Positions 1 through 12,002 are shown, counted from the whole stretch's first letter. The stretch: 63,784 bases of DNA, filler included, from Olpidium bornovanus S191 (GCA_017911155.1; 25 parts of 25 records of this genome joined end to end with filler, not necessarily neighbours in it); one strand, 5' to 3'. The notes: a model not told the origin generated them from the letters alone. Program-made: numbers and translations.

Positions 1-390
1 CATGTGCCCCCTATGAGGGGGATTGGCGATGAACAGAAAACACAACCACATACGCGCACCGTTTGAACTTTTCATCGCCAGATCGAGCAAAAGCCCGTCA
101 CTCAACCCGCCGAGGGTATGTGGGGCGTGCGGGGGTCTGTTCGACCTCGGCTGCGCGACGCAGCGCGGGACGTCGTCAAACTTGAGGTCCCGTTGACGGT
201 GCTCGTCAAACACGGGAGTTGACGAGGTGGCTCGACCTGCTAAGTTTGAATCAGCTGCGCGAGCGACGGCGGCGCACTCCGATCGTTGACTCCATCGGGC
301 CAGACACTCTTCTGCCTTCCGTTTTTCTGTGGGCTTCGACGTATTCGGAGTCGCGTCGTTGTACGATAGCGTAGGAGATAAAGAGAGAAA

Positions 391-425
<35 letters not shown>

Positions 426-1134
426 GCTCACAGTATTATTCATGGGCAGTTCAGTTTTTCAAGTGCAAAAATAAAGAAATTCTTTGCCAGCAAGATTAGC
501 CTGTGTTCGCGGTTCACACACAGGGCAAAAGAAACAGAAACAAAAGGTGTTCTCCACAATCGCAACTCTAATCAACGACCTGGCCAGGGATGTCAAGGTA
601 GGGAGCAGGTGGTGGGGGACGCGTTCGCAGGTATCACATCGTGTAGGGTTCAGGAGCTTTTGTGGGCACAACGCCCTAGATTGACCGAACGCAAGGAACG
701 CGTTCCGAACGCAAATACCACAAACTGGCCTTTGGCCCTCACCAACTGGTGGAGAATCGACGTTCCCCGTAACCTCTCGCGCCGCCGCCAGCAGCTCTCC
801 CCTTCGCCGTTTTCGCTGCGTCTCTGCCGCCGCGCGACGCCGCTCCAGCACGTTCGTCGCGCCCGCCATCCGCGCGCGCTCACCCCTTCGCCGTCGCAGC
901 TGCGCGCAGCCTCTGCCTTCCGTCGCGCCCCGCTTTGCGATGGCGCCATTGCGACCGCGCCCCGCGACCGCATCCTCGCGCCCGCGCCCGCGCTTCTAAC
1001 CCTTTCCGGCGCCTCCTCTTCTCTCTAAAATAAAAAAAAGAACGCCGCAGCGCCTTCCACCGCCGCCGCCATCTTTACGACCACGCAGCTTTCCGGCTTT
1101 GGCCCTCACCACAGGCACACTTTCACCACAGGAG

Positions 1135-1446
1135 TGGGCCGATAGTAGATCCATTTGGCCGTCTCCCAGAGCTCATGCCAATGATATGGTGGGAACTTTG
1201 TCCCACACAGCATAAAAACTCTATGGTACTATGGACGCGCTCATCGAGGCCGTTTTGCTCAAGGCAATTGTGGTTGGTTGTATTCATCCGAATACCCTTC
1301 TGTCAAAAAAATTTAACGCAGATTTGGTCGTTAGATTTGTTGCCTCCGTCGGAGTGATGCCAGTGAATGGAACGGCCAAATTGTTTCTCAATGAATGCCC
1401 TATGCTTTTTGAAATAGGACAACGCCGTCAATGCATTGTTCGTCAT
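1135..1446 (-). mobile_element. Degenerate Ty1/Copia integrase core fragment
   Basis: Manual minus-strand translation gives FKKHRAFIEKQFGRSIHWHHSDGG...FF*QKGIRMNTTNHNCLEQNGLDERVHSTI, then a frameshift to LWETAKWIYYRP. This matches the Copia rve pattern (EKQ.G..IK.LRSDNGGE...PEQNG.AER.NRT...LW.EA). It has a stop and a frameshift. Confidence 0.75.
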
Positions 1447-1583
1447 GGTAAACGGTGTACTTTAAGGTATACTTCACGCCATCGAGTGATAACAGCATGA
1501 CAACGGGTGTGGGGCGACCGGGCACAGAGTGGCAGGCTGCCCATCTGTTAAGTGTTTCCACTGCCAGCAGACCGGGCACATGG

Positions 1584-1683
1584 NNNNNNNNNNNNNNNNN
1601 NNNNNNNNNNNNNNNNNNNNNNNNNNNTTAATTAATTAANNNNNNNNNNNNNNNNNNNNNNNNNNNNNNNNNNNNNNNNNNNN
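1584..1683. other. Artificial contig linker N44-TTAATTAATTAA-N44 (first of 24)
   Basis: Identical 100-bp spacers with stops in all six frames start at 1584, 5568, 8046, 10587, 12097, 14940, 24299, 28174, 31756, 34370, 35698, 37118, 39144, 40362, 43601, 48817, 50846, 52384, 54434, 55642, 56911, 59293, 61291 and 62637. Confidence 0.99.
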
Positions 1684-1909
1684 CATGAAGCTACGGACAA
1701 TGGAACCCCAACAGTTGGCCGATTTTTAACGTCGGATTATATTCTATCTGCGACACGTGTGCCACTCGGTGCGGGATAGGGGTACTTTCTGCTTAAGTGC
1801 AAGGAACGACCGGCGCTAGCACTAGAAACGCTGTAATTTTCGGGGGTTGGTTTATTTTTCTGCGCGCGAAATCTGGTTTCCCGAGTGCGAAAAACCAATA
1901 ATATTCGCC

Positions 1910-2161
1910 TCAGCGCGTATTGCAGCTTGCCAAGCCACTTTCGCCGCAAACGGAGGTTATTCCTGCACCTTGGAGCTCATCATCGCAGTAGCTGTCTTGC
2001 GATCCGTCGGGAAACGTAAACGTGACCCATTCACAGCCCGAACCGCTTTTGCAATCACTCTTGTTTTTGTACGATCTGCAGTTACCGCTTGATTCCGTTA
2101 CGGTGGCCGCGCCAGTCAAAAGGAGAAGGAGGAGTCCGAGGCATCCGAAGCGCGTAATCAT
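1910..2161 (-). CDS. Small secreted cysteine-rich protein (83 aa; may be spliced at the 3' end)
   Basis: True ATG start, then R-F-G-C-LGLLLLLL-TGAA signal-peptide-like N-terminus. The mature part has six Cys, including C-x8-C-x5-C-E-W. Confidence 0.6.
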   Translation of the reverse strand: MITRFGCLGLLLLLLTGAATVTESSGNCRSYKNKSDCKSGSGCEWVTFTFPDGSQDSYCDDELQGAGITSVCGESGLASCNTR

Positions 2162-2509
2162 GGTGCGAATTTGTTTTTTTTATCTGGAACCACTCTTCGC
2201 AACGAGAGAAAACGCGAGTTCAAACCGCGCGTGTTAATAGAAAAATTTTCGGCCGGCTAGATCGCCGGGCACGCAGAATGTCTATGCTCCAAAGTACTTA
2301 CGCGTCGGCGTTACTGATTCGCAGGAGGGCTTTTCCCGTCCACCACACACCCAAAACTTTCGTGTCTTCAGCGGGCGAGAGCGCGATTGAAAGCGAAAGA
2401 ACTCCGAAGTGGGTTTCATTCAGCAGGAAAGAGAGAAGGTCCCTTATATAGTGTACCCCCGGAGCCCCCCCCCCCTCAATCCCAATAACCCTTCCTCCGC
2501 GACCGGCAA

Positions 2510-2845
2510 AGGGACTTGCCCGGTATCCAGAAACTCGACCTGGCCCGGCTTGTTGGCGAAAATAGACCGCCCAGCAGATGGAGCATCAAACGCTTGTCCC
2601 CCCTCCCCCTCCCTTCCGCATCGCGCGGCGAACGCGCTGTCAGCAAGGAATTTACGTTTTTTTTTTTTGAAACCCGGGCCATCAGGTATGATAAGGGACT
2701 TGCCCGGCGTCCAGAAATTCGACCTGGCCCGGCTTGTTGGCGAAAATAGACCGCCCCGCAGATGGAGTATCAAGCGCTTGTCCCCCTTCCTTCCGCGTCA
2801 CGCGGCAAACGCGCTGTCAGCAAGGAATTTACGTTTTTTTTTTAA
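2510..2845 (+). repeat. Tandem duplication of a ~160-bp module (period ~184 bp)
   Basis: gggacttgcccgg..tccagaaa.tcgacctggcccggcttgttggcgaaaatagaccgccc..cagatggag.atcaa.cgcttgtcccc...gcgctgtcagcaaggaatttacgttttttt occurs at about 2511 and 2695. Confidence 0.9.
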
Positions 2846-3507
2846 ACCCCGCGTTTTTCACCTCCCCCGCTTTTCGTTCCGATACGGTAAACAAACGTTT
2901 TTCACGCCCCCGGTAAAACCTTACGCGCCTTTTTTGCGGCAACCTGCGCGCGTTATTTCGCGGAAGAGTTACCGCCCCCTCCTTTTTTCCCCTTTCCCCC
3001 CCTTTTTTCCCCCCCCAGGGCGTGCGCAGGCTATGAGCAGCTTCCTCGAAAAAATAAAAGGGGGCGGGGTCAAGGGGAGAGGAGGCGGAGCACCGCGCGC
3101 TTTCTGCTGAAGATTTTCAAGTCGCCAAACGGTTGGGCCCGCTCCGGGGCGCTTACATAAACCCCTCGACGCAAACTGAATTCCACTGTCCCCCTTCCCG
3201 CCCTTTCGGAAAAGGCCACATCTTTGAGCGAGGAAGCATCCACCACTTGGATCCCGCACGATTGTTTGATACCGACAAGACATTCTGAAACGCCATGAGG
3301 CACTCAACTGACATCTCCGAGGCGGCTGCCACATGCTGACGCAAATTCTCATGCCGGAACTTGATGAGGATGGCGGCAGTGATGCAAACCACGAGGGTGA
3401 TCTGTTGGGATTTCATTATAATGGAGCTAGTGGGGGCTAGTGGGTTGACGAGGTCAAAAACCAGGTGACAGCCCTCTGATAAGCCGAAACCAGGGTGTCA
3501 CCCTGGT

Positions 3508-3982
3508 CACCAGAAACCTTCGCTGGAACCACACACACCACAACAAACGCGGTGGAAGGTCGAGCATCGGCTCATCTGCGGGAAGCGGCATCGCAGAGGC
3601 GGCGGCAAGCGCGTCTACCTCACTGGAGGTGACGGCCGGGGCGGGAGCGGTCGTGGCGGGAGCGGTCGACGGGGTTGCCATCGACGGCGCGGTCGAAAGG
3701 GCCGTCAGGGGAAGGGCGGTCGACGGCGGTTCGGTGGCGGACGTACCGGGGTCGGGCGTGAGTCCCTGAGCCGCGGCGGCGGTGCCGACGAGGCGAGGGC
3801 ATGTGCGGTCGACGGCCAAGAAGGGAGGCCGGTCGACGGAGGGTAGGCGATGGAACGGAGGATGGGATGGCGTTGGGGGAGCGGCGGGAGAGCTTAAACG
3901 ATGCGGAGAGGAGAGGGGAGAGCTCGTCCTCGGATTCCCCACTTTGTTGTGGTGTGTGTGGTTCCGGCGAAGGTTTCTGGTG
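3508..3982. repeat. 40-bp inverted repeat pair (3508-3547 and 3943-3982) enclosing ~395 bp
   Basis: caccagaaaccttcgc(t/c)ggaaccacacacaccacaacaaa and its reverse complement, one mismatch. Confidence 0.9.
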
Positions 3983-4061
3983 TTTATTAGAAGGGGGGCG
4001 CCAGGGGTTTTACGTACTTGGGCCCCCCTCGATACCAATCAATAGGGAGAAGCGGGTGGTA

Positions 4062-4131
4062 CATCGAGATCGAGCGAGGGGCATCGAGGTCGAGCGATGG
4101 GCATCGAGGTCGAGCGAGGGGCATCGAGGTC
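4062..4131 (+). repeat. 20-bp minisatellite, ~3.5 copies
   Basis: catcgaggtcgagcgagggg repeated with minor variants. Confidence 0.85.
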
Positions 4132-4244
4132 AAACGGTACATCGATGAAAGGCGGTGCGTTGAGCGAAAGAATGAGGGAATAACGGAGTGTCCACTACAA
4201 TAAGAAAGGATCACTAGAGGCCTGCCTGAACTACTGATTATCAA

Positions 4245-4710
4245 GCAGAATCTGACGCAGAATCAGACGGTGATTCTGAGAGAATGATTTTGATAGTATC
4301 ACAGAGTCTGGTTCTGACGTGGATTCTGAAGCTAGATCTGATGGGGATTCTGCTGCAGAATCTGAAGGGGATTCTGAGGCTGATTCTTGCAGAGAGTTTA
4401 ACGCAAATTCTGATACAGATTCTGGCACAGAATCAGATGGAGATTCCGAGGAAATAATTTCTGAAGAACATTCCGACGCAGAATCTGATGGGGATTCTAA
4501 CGCAGAATCTGACGGGGATTTTGAGGGAATGTTTCTGACAGGGATTCTGACTCTGAATTTGAAGGGCATTCCGACGCAAAATCTGACGGGGATTTTAACG
4601 CGGAATCTGACGGGGATCTCAACCCGGGATATGACTGGGATTCCTAAGCGGAAGCTGACAGGGATGGCGACCCGGAATCTGACGGGAATTACGATCAGAA
4701 TCTGATGGAG
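4245..4710. repeat. Degenerate array of ~12/24-bp cagaatc...gattctg units
   Basis: Many gcagaatctga(c/t)ggggattct units; the S/D/E-rich ORFs here are by-products. Related to 42320-43110. Confidence 0.85.
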
Positions 4711-6209
4711 ATTATGTCATTTCAGGAGGGGAGAACCTGGTGGGGCCTGATTGACCTATTCTTTGGTCTATGCTCCAGGTGGGGTTGGACAGGCACCACA
4801 ATTCTACATGGAATCCTTATGGCCTTACCCTCATTGTCTCAGGAGCTTTTCGGACGAGAGTTTCGTGGATTCTGGTCATCGTCACGTCCTTGCGCTCGCC
4901 CGGCTCGGCAGTGTCCATTGCCTCTATGGGAGCCTCAAGGAGCTGCAGAATTTTGGCGTTCCAATGCGTGCGCATGGCTTGCGAGACATCCGGCTGGGGC
5001 TGTGGTAATGCATCAGGCAGACAATCAATAGCGGGCTGGCGTCGATGGAGTGCGGGTGCAGGAGCCATCTGGGCACCAGGGCCAACAAAAGGCTGTGGTC
5101 CGCCCTGATGGACTGGTCAGTTGTAGTGGTAGAACAGGTAGGTTGCGGTTTGCCGTGAACATGAGAAGGGATCAGGGACAATAATCGGCGGAGGGAGGGA
5201 CGGCAGCGGTGGCAGGGAAAAGGGCAGTTGATTCGGTTGGTGTCCTTGTCGGTTTTCAGACGAACCGGAGCCGGTCTCTGGCGGAGACTCAAGTACAAAG
5301 TGCGGGAACTGCGGGCATCTTTCCATCTCGCCAAGGTTGTACGGACCATGAACGAGCACGCGCTTCGACCTCCCCATTATATATCCCACAGTCTCTCCCA
5401 CAGTTCAAGCAGCTCAGGGACGGTGATCCCCGTCCCGGGCCCCCTCCCCCTCTTCCCGCCTTCCCCTGAACTCTCTCCCCCTTCCCCCTTTTCAAGGGGT
5501 TCAATCACCGTCCATCCTTGTTAAAAGTTATCTGACCAGGTGTTAAAGCTTCTTCCTGGCCGTTCCCNNNNNNNNNNNNNNNNNNNNNNNNNNNNNNNNN
5601 NNNNNNNNNNNTTAATTAATTAANNNNNNNNNNNNNNNNNNNNNNNNNNNNNNNNNNNNNNNNNNNNCATGTCCCCCTCAAAACAAACGCGGTTGAACTC
5701 GTGACCACGCCGAAACAGCCTCTGCGCCGCATCATTTTGTCCACGACTTCATTTCTAAAGTCGCTTCGAAAGACGCTTCCCAAAACTCCATTGCTGGAGC
5801 ATTTCGGACGTGATATTCCAAACGAACATCAAACAAATGGCGGCGGCCATAACCAAAAGGTCACCTCCACCGAGACCCGTTCCATCGCGGGCGCGGCTGC
5901 TTTCCCTGTCGTTGCCGCGGAGGCCACTACCACAAATGCTGCTGTTACCGTCCTCACCCCGGCCCCCCCCCACGGCCCCCTCCCCCACCGCCCCGCCACG
6001 GTTGCTGATAATTTTTTTTTAATTCGTATTTGGTTCAGTGAGGTTTGGTTCGGCGCTGGAGGAGCAAGGGAAAAGCAAAATCGTCACGTGACTACATTCG
6101 ATACACCTTTTTGAGCGGAATGCAGAATAATGGAGTGCGAAAAGAAACTGGTATTGTACGGGATGTAGAAGGTAAAGCGGCGGGACAAATAGGAATAATG
6201 GTTCGGCGT

Positions 6210-6274
<65 letters not shown>

Positions 6275-6901
6275 AAAAAAGAAAAAAGAAAACAATTTGA
6301 GAAAGGTTTTGTCACACATTCTTTGCAAGTCTCGGCATCGGTCCTCACCTCTTTGATCGCGTAACACCCTGTTGATCAGGAAAAGGAGAACGAAAAGAAG
6401 AAGATGCCTTTTGGAATGGCGGACATGCAACCTGCGTGTTTCAACGGAAGGTCGACCGTCGATGCGTGAGGACTTCCACGATGCTGAGTCCGCCAGCACA
6501 GGCCTTCGAACATGCGCGCGTGCAATCGAACATACGCAACCCCTTCCGCACGCCCTGACTTCCGTCGTCTGTTAGTTCCCGTAGAATTTAGCTACTGCAC
6601 CACAGAACTGTGGTGTAACGTGGGGGGGTTGATCTGGGGAGGGGGTGGTGGGTAGGAGGGGGGGGGACTGGAGAGCACGCTTCTGTTGCAAAAGTCAAAT
6701 CTTTCCGGGAAAACGCCCGTCACTCATTGTTGGGCGCACTACGTGGGGCGTGGGGTAAGAACGGCGCGAGAGTGGGAGTGAGGGGGGAGGGGGTCGAGGG
6801 AAGAAAGGTGCGCACGGTCAGCCGCCGTGCGCAGAACGATTCAAGCAGAAAAGGATAACACAGGAGGAGAAAAGCGAGCGAGCTTGCGTCGAATGCATTA
6901 C

Positions 6902-8045
6902 CTGCACGCCGGGCCCAGAATGGACATCGTCGTCTTCGTCTTCATCCGTAATTACGGGTACGGACGCGTGTTGCGCCTTCGGCTGCAGCACGGTGAGCCT
7001 TACCTCGTCTACTATGGCGCCTGCCGTGTTCGGCAGCCGTCTCCTGGGGGGACAGGACGGCCTCTAAATCGGGTCCAGTATGATGGCGGAAACGCGGCCT
7101 CGAACTGGATAAACAGGCGGCCTTAATCCTGGCGCCGGAAACTCGGCGTGCTATGACGGCCTTCGTTTGGCCTGTTCCGGAAGCGGCGCATGCCGGTGAG
7201 GACGCGGGAGATTGCGGTGAAAAACGGGAAACATGTCGCCGTCAGAACGGACGACGAGCGGCGCGCGACATTGCAAGAACTGCGAAACGCACCGGGTCGG
7301 ACGACCTCGCCGGAGTCGATGTGGACGATGAGGACGCGGTCGTCCAGATGACGGAGGGCAAACTGGCCCCCGACGAGGGCAGTGAGGAGGTCGAAATGTG
7401 CAACGTAATAAGAGGTCGTCACCGGACTTGCGGAATGAAAATGTTGATGTCTCCGGGATCAATGCCGGGCATCTGGTCCCCTTCGCCGACGAAGGTGACC
7501 TTGCGACCGTCCCGCGTGCCCTTGCCGACGTGAATATCCAGCACTTGGCGCTGCTGAACCGTCTTCGGGGCCATGCATTCATGTACCTGTCACGGTCGCT
7601 GAAACCCTCCCCCTCTCCGTCGCATTTCGGGCAGGCCGGCGGGACCTGCTGCAGCATGGGGCCGAGCTGCCGCAAGCTGACCTTGATGCCGCGGCCGTCG
7701 CATCCCCCGCACGTCCTGACGGCGTTGACGTTCCCGCCTCTGCCGCGACACTTTTGGCAAAATTATCGTCTTCTTCAACATCAATTTAGAGGTCACGCCC
7801 CCGTACATGTCTTCCAGCGGCACGTTGAGCACACGGTTAACGTCCTTGCCGGGCGGTAGGCCGGGCTGCGGCATGTCGCCGAACGCGCCTCCGAAAATGT
7901 GCGAGAAGAAAGAGCCTCCAGCGCCATGCCGCCGGGTCCGCTCCCTTCAACACCCTCGTATCCATAGCGGTCGTATGCAAGCCGCTCGTCAGGATCCTCG
8001 TACATCGTATGACTTCGTATGAGTGCGAAAATTTCTAGAACGTTA
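6902..8045 (-). pseudogene. Type I DnaJ (YDJ1/DNAJA family) with multiple frameshifts, 5' truncated
   Basis: Switching frames gives the J-domain end YEDPDERLAYDRYG, G/F region FFSHIFGGAFG, Zn fingers CQKCRGRGG / CGGCDGRG / CPKCDGEG, GEGDQMPGIDPGD, DLLTALVGG, GRLFIQFEAAFP and the acidic tail DEDEDDDVHSGPGVQ. At least 3-4 frameshifts and one in-frame TAA are needed. Confidence 0.8.
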
Positions 8046-8145
8046 NNNNNNNNNNNNNNNNNNNNNNNNNNNNNNNNNNNNNNNNNNNNTTAATTAATTA
8101 ANNNNNNNNNNNNNNNNNNNNNNNNNNNNNNNNNNNNNNNNNNNN

Positions 8146-10586
8146 CAGCTTCCCGGAGGCGAGAAAAGCCTGTACGACTACCTGTTCGACGCGAACGTCG
8201 GCCAATGGAGGCCGTGGATGGAGTTGGTGCCTCCGTACACTCACAACAGTCGGAATAGTTTCCATGAGATTCTTGTGCCGACGCTAGACACCGTACGGCA
8301 CACGTGGTTGCTCGACAAGCTTGTCGCCGTGAAAAAACCGGTCCTTTTTGTCGGAGATGTAGGGACGTCAAAATCCGTCACTGTCCAGAACTTTATCAAG
8401 ACGCTCTCCCGAGATAAAAACGTCGTCCTTAATATTAGTTTCTCGAGCCGAACAAGCTCCCTAGACGTCCAGGCGAACATCGAAGTCAATGTTGAGAAAA
8501 GAACAAAGGATACTTACGGTCCGGCTGCCGGAAAGAGGCTTCTGGTGTTTGTCGACGATCTGAACATGCCGCAAAAGGATACGTATGGCACCCAGCAGCC
8601 GATAGCCCTTCTCAAACTATTGATCGAACGCGGAGGGATGTACGACAGGGGAAAGGAGCTCAATTGGAAGAACTTAAAAGACGTTCAATTCCTTGGGGCC
8701 ATGGGCACGCCGGGAGGGGGAAGAAACGAGATCGACCCGCGGTTCGCGTCACTGTTCGCGATCTTCAACATCGCGTTCCCCAAAGAGAGCTCTCTGATTA
8801 GGATATATTCTAGCATTATCGAAGGACACGTCGCCGGTTTTAAGGAGCCCGTTAAGGAATCCGCCAAGCTGTTGACACCGATCACGCTTGCTCTGTACAA
8901 CTACATCGTCCAGAACTTGCTGCCGACCCCCTCTAAGTTCCACTATATTTTCAACCTGCGGGACATCAGCCGGATATACGAAGGGCTGTGCCTTTCGACC
9001 CCGGATCATTTCCAGACATCAAAAGAGTTCGTGCGCCTGTGGAGAAACGAGGCGCTGCGCGTTTTCTACGACCGCCTCGTGACGGATGCGGACAAGGCCC
9101 TCGTGCAGAAGCAGATCAACAAGCTCGTCCTCGACAATTTCGAGTCCGACGAAGAATACGTGACGCGCAATCCGATACTGTTCGGCGACTTCCGCCACGC
9201 CATGCACCAGGAGAACGCGCGCCTGTACGAAGACCTGCTCGACTTCTCCGCGGTGCGATCGATCTTCCAGGAGATCCTCGAGGAGTACAACGAGCAGGCC
9301 AACCCGATGAATCTGGTGCTTTTCGAAGAGGCGCTGGACCACCTCACGCGGGTCCATCGCATCATTCGGATGAAACGGGGCCATGCGCTGCTCGTGGGCG
9401 TCGGCGGGAGCGGGAAGCAGTCCCTGGCGAGGCTGGCCGCGTTTGCGGCCGGGTACGGCATATTCGAGATCACGCTCACCAGGGGTTACGGGGAGCCCGA
9501 GTTTAAGGAGAACCTGAAAACCCTCTACGGGGAGCTCGGCCAGGGGAAGAAAACGGTGTTCCTGTTCACCGACGCCCACGTCGTTCAGGAGGGCTTCCTG
9601 GAGCTGATCAACAACATGCTAACTTCCGGGATGATCCCCACTCTGTACGAAGACGAGGAAAAAGAGGCCGTCATGGCCACCGTCCGTGACGAGGTCGCGA
9701 AGCTCGGCATCGTGCAGAACCGAGAGAACACGTGGAAGTACTTCGTGGACAAGGTCTCGGATAACCTGCACATCGTCCTCTGCATGTCTCCGCAGGGCGA
9801 AAAACTGAGAGAGCGGTGTCGCAACTTCCCGGGCATGGTCAACAACACGGTGATCGACTGGTTCCCTCCGTGGCCGGAGCAGGCCCTTCTTTCCGTGGCG
9901 GACGCCTTCCTCGGAGACCAAAATGTGCCAGAAGAAAACAGGACGGACATCGTTGCGCACATGGTGAAAGTCCATCAATCAATCAGCGAGGCCAGCACGG
10001 CATTCCTTCAAAGGTGGCGCCGTGCGAACTACGTGACGCCAAAGAATTACCTGGACTACATCAATTCCTATATTCTGTTACTTAAAGACCAACGAGAAGC
10101 TACCGGCAAGCTCTGTGCCCGTCTCGAAACAGGTCTTGGAAAATTGAGGGAGTCTGCCCTACAGCTTGATGATCTCAACGCACAGCTGGCGGTCCAAAAC
10201 GTTGCGGTTAAGGAGAAAACGGAGGCGTGCAACAAACTGCTGGAGGTCATTACGGCCAACACCGCTCAGGCAGAAGAGAAGAAAGCAATGGCTACTAAAA
10301 AGGAAGCGGAATTAGAGACGCAAAATGTTCAAATCAGCAAAGATAAAGAGGAAGCCGAGCAGGCCTTGAACGAAGCGCTGCCGGCGCTGGAAGAGGCACG
10401 GAACGCGCTGAACGCGCTGTCGTCGTCTGAAATCACCGAGATCCGGTCGTTCGCGAAACCGCCCAAGGAGGTCCAGAAAGTCTGCGAGTGCATCTGCGTC
10501 ATCAAGGGCATCAAGGACGTTTCGTGGAAGTCGGCCAAGATGATGATGTCGGCCATCGACTTCAAGACGTCGCTGACGACCATGAA
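8146..10586 (+). CDS. DNAH10: Axonemal dynein heavy chain, DNAH10/inner-arm I1-alpha-like (AAA3, AAA4, start of stalk); partial at both ends
   Basis: Open frame over 800 aa with GDVGTSKS, LLVFVDDLNMPQKDTYGTQQPIALLKLL..G.MYDRGKELN, HYIFNLRDISR, GVGGSGKQS, NLHIVLCMSP, YVTPKNYLD and the stalk EIRSFAKPP. Confidence 0.9.
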
Positions 10587-11201
10587 NNNNNNNNNNNNNN
10601 NNNNNNNNNNNNNNNNNNNNNNNNNNNNNNTTAATTAATTAANNNNNNNNNNNNNNNNNNNNNNNNNNNNNNNNNNNNNNNNNNNNCCTCCCCCCCCCCC
10701 CCACCCCGTTTTCCTTTTCCCCCTTTTCCCCCTTTTTCCCGTTCCACCCCGCCCCTTTCGCGAGTTGAAAGACGCGCGCCCCTCGCGGTCGCCCCGCCCC
10801 CCCCCCCTCACCCTCGTTCCCTCGTCCCCGGGGGAGGGTTTTTACGTTTTCATGCTTCGGCGGTCACGTGATCGACTCTCCCTCTCTTCCCCCCTTCTTC
10901 CCCCTCCCGCGCCGCTCTCGCGTGATTGGCCCGCCCCGCACACACGCACCACCCCCCCCCCTACCGCCACGTGTGACGAAAGGGGGAAGGAGGAGATATA
11001 CATGGCCCGAACTTTCCGCTATGCAAACGAACGAACGAAACAAACACGCGCTTCCGCATTCGGCTGGGTGGCCCCTCCTTCCCCCCCTCCCCCTCCCCCC
11101 CCTTCCACCCCACGCCCCGCCCCTTCCCAACGAGGCGCGCGTTTTGCGAAGTGCAGGTGTCGCACCCAGAAAAAGGAGTTTTCCCCGACTTGCCCACGAT
11201 C

Positions 11202-11997
11202 CTAAAGAATCGCCGTAGCCGCTTGGCGGAGCTTGTTGCCCAACTTCGTCATGATCCCCGTGCTCATGGAAGCCTCCTGCGCACTGAATAGTCATTATTA
11301 TTTAATTTTTTTTTTAAAAAAAAAGAAATCCCCCGCAAGCCACAAGTTTCCGATGTGAGCCCCGGTGGTCGGGTAGATAACGCCCAGGACCGAAAGAGGG
11401 CTCCGCAACGGACCGAAAGGTGCGGCGCGTACCTCACCACTGCCTTGTCGAATACAAACCCCGGTGTCGCCGCCCACGCGGTTTCCCTAAGCGGGCCGGC
11501 GTTTCCGCGCTTGGCGGCCTTCTCCGCGCAAGCCTTGGCGACGGCGGAAACGATCCCTTCCGTTATCCGCCTGCACGACGTTTCCTCGAGGTGGTGCTGC
11601 TCCACCGCCCTGAACGTGAAGCAGCCGGCGTCGAACCGCCGCGGGAGCGCGAGCGACCGGAATTCCTCGTCCGTGAACTCGAACTTCTCCTCGCCGCTGC
11701 CCTCCACCGTCACCCCCGGCGGCGGGTGTTCGGTTCGCGCTGCCGGCGACGGAGACGCCGGAGATCCCTTCCCTTCCTCCGGCAGCCCGTCGGAGCCGTC
11801 GGCGGCGTCGCGAAACGGCGGCGCGTTCGCGACGACCCGGCGGTTCCGGATCGACCCCGAGTTGATGCGGCCCGACTCGCCGGCGATTTTGTAGAAGACC
11901 ACAAAGCCGTAGTTGTCTTCGGTCGACTTGGACGGCGAACCGGGGATGAAGAAGGGCCCTGAACGAGGGATGTCCGCGAGGCGCCCCTGAGAACCCG
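11202..11997 (-). CDS. Hypothetical protein, C-terminal two exons
   Basis: GC-rich exon (DNYGFVVFYKIAGE...FEFTDEEF...FVFDKAV) ends at a gtgagg donor. An acceptor near 11280 opens EASMSTGIMTKLGNKLRQAATAIL*. Family not recognised. Confidence 0.45.
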
Positions 11998-12002
11998 CAA
12001 GG

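Noticed and set aside
394-422. (AG)n microsatellites, also near 28120, 43135, 47320 and 48130
   Set aside because: Ordinary eukaryotic simple repeats.
1628-1639. Recurrent TTAATTAATTAA palindrome as a CRISPR-like or regulatory repeat
   Set aside because: Always centred in exactly 44+44 Ns; it is a synthetic six-frame stop linker.
4231-4705. S/D/E-rich ORFs as Sdr-like adhesins
   Set aside because: They are translations of the gaatct/gattct DNA repeat, open on both strands and with no domain context.
4705-5567. Cys-containing short ORFs as LINE or gag zinc knuckles
   Set aside because: No complete CCHC spacing or other TE motif found.
6019-6499. Poly-K, poly-F, poly-G and poly-P ORFs here and at 11710, 29059, 36071, 36375 and 60007
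   Set aside because: Read-through of intronic or intergenic homopolymers.
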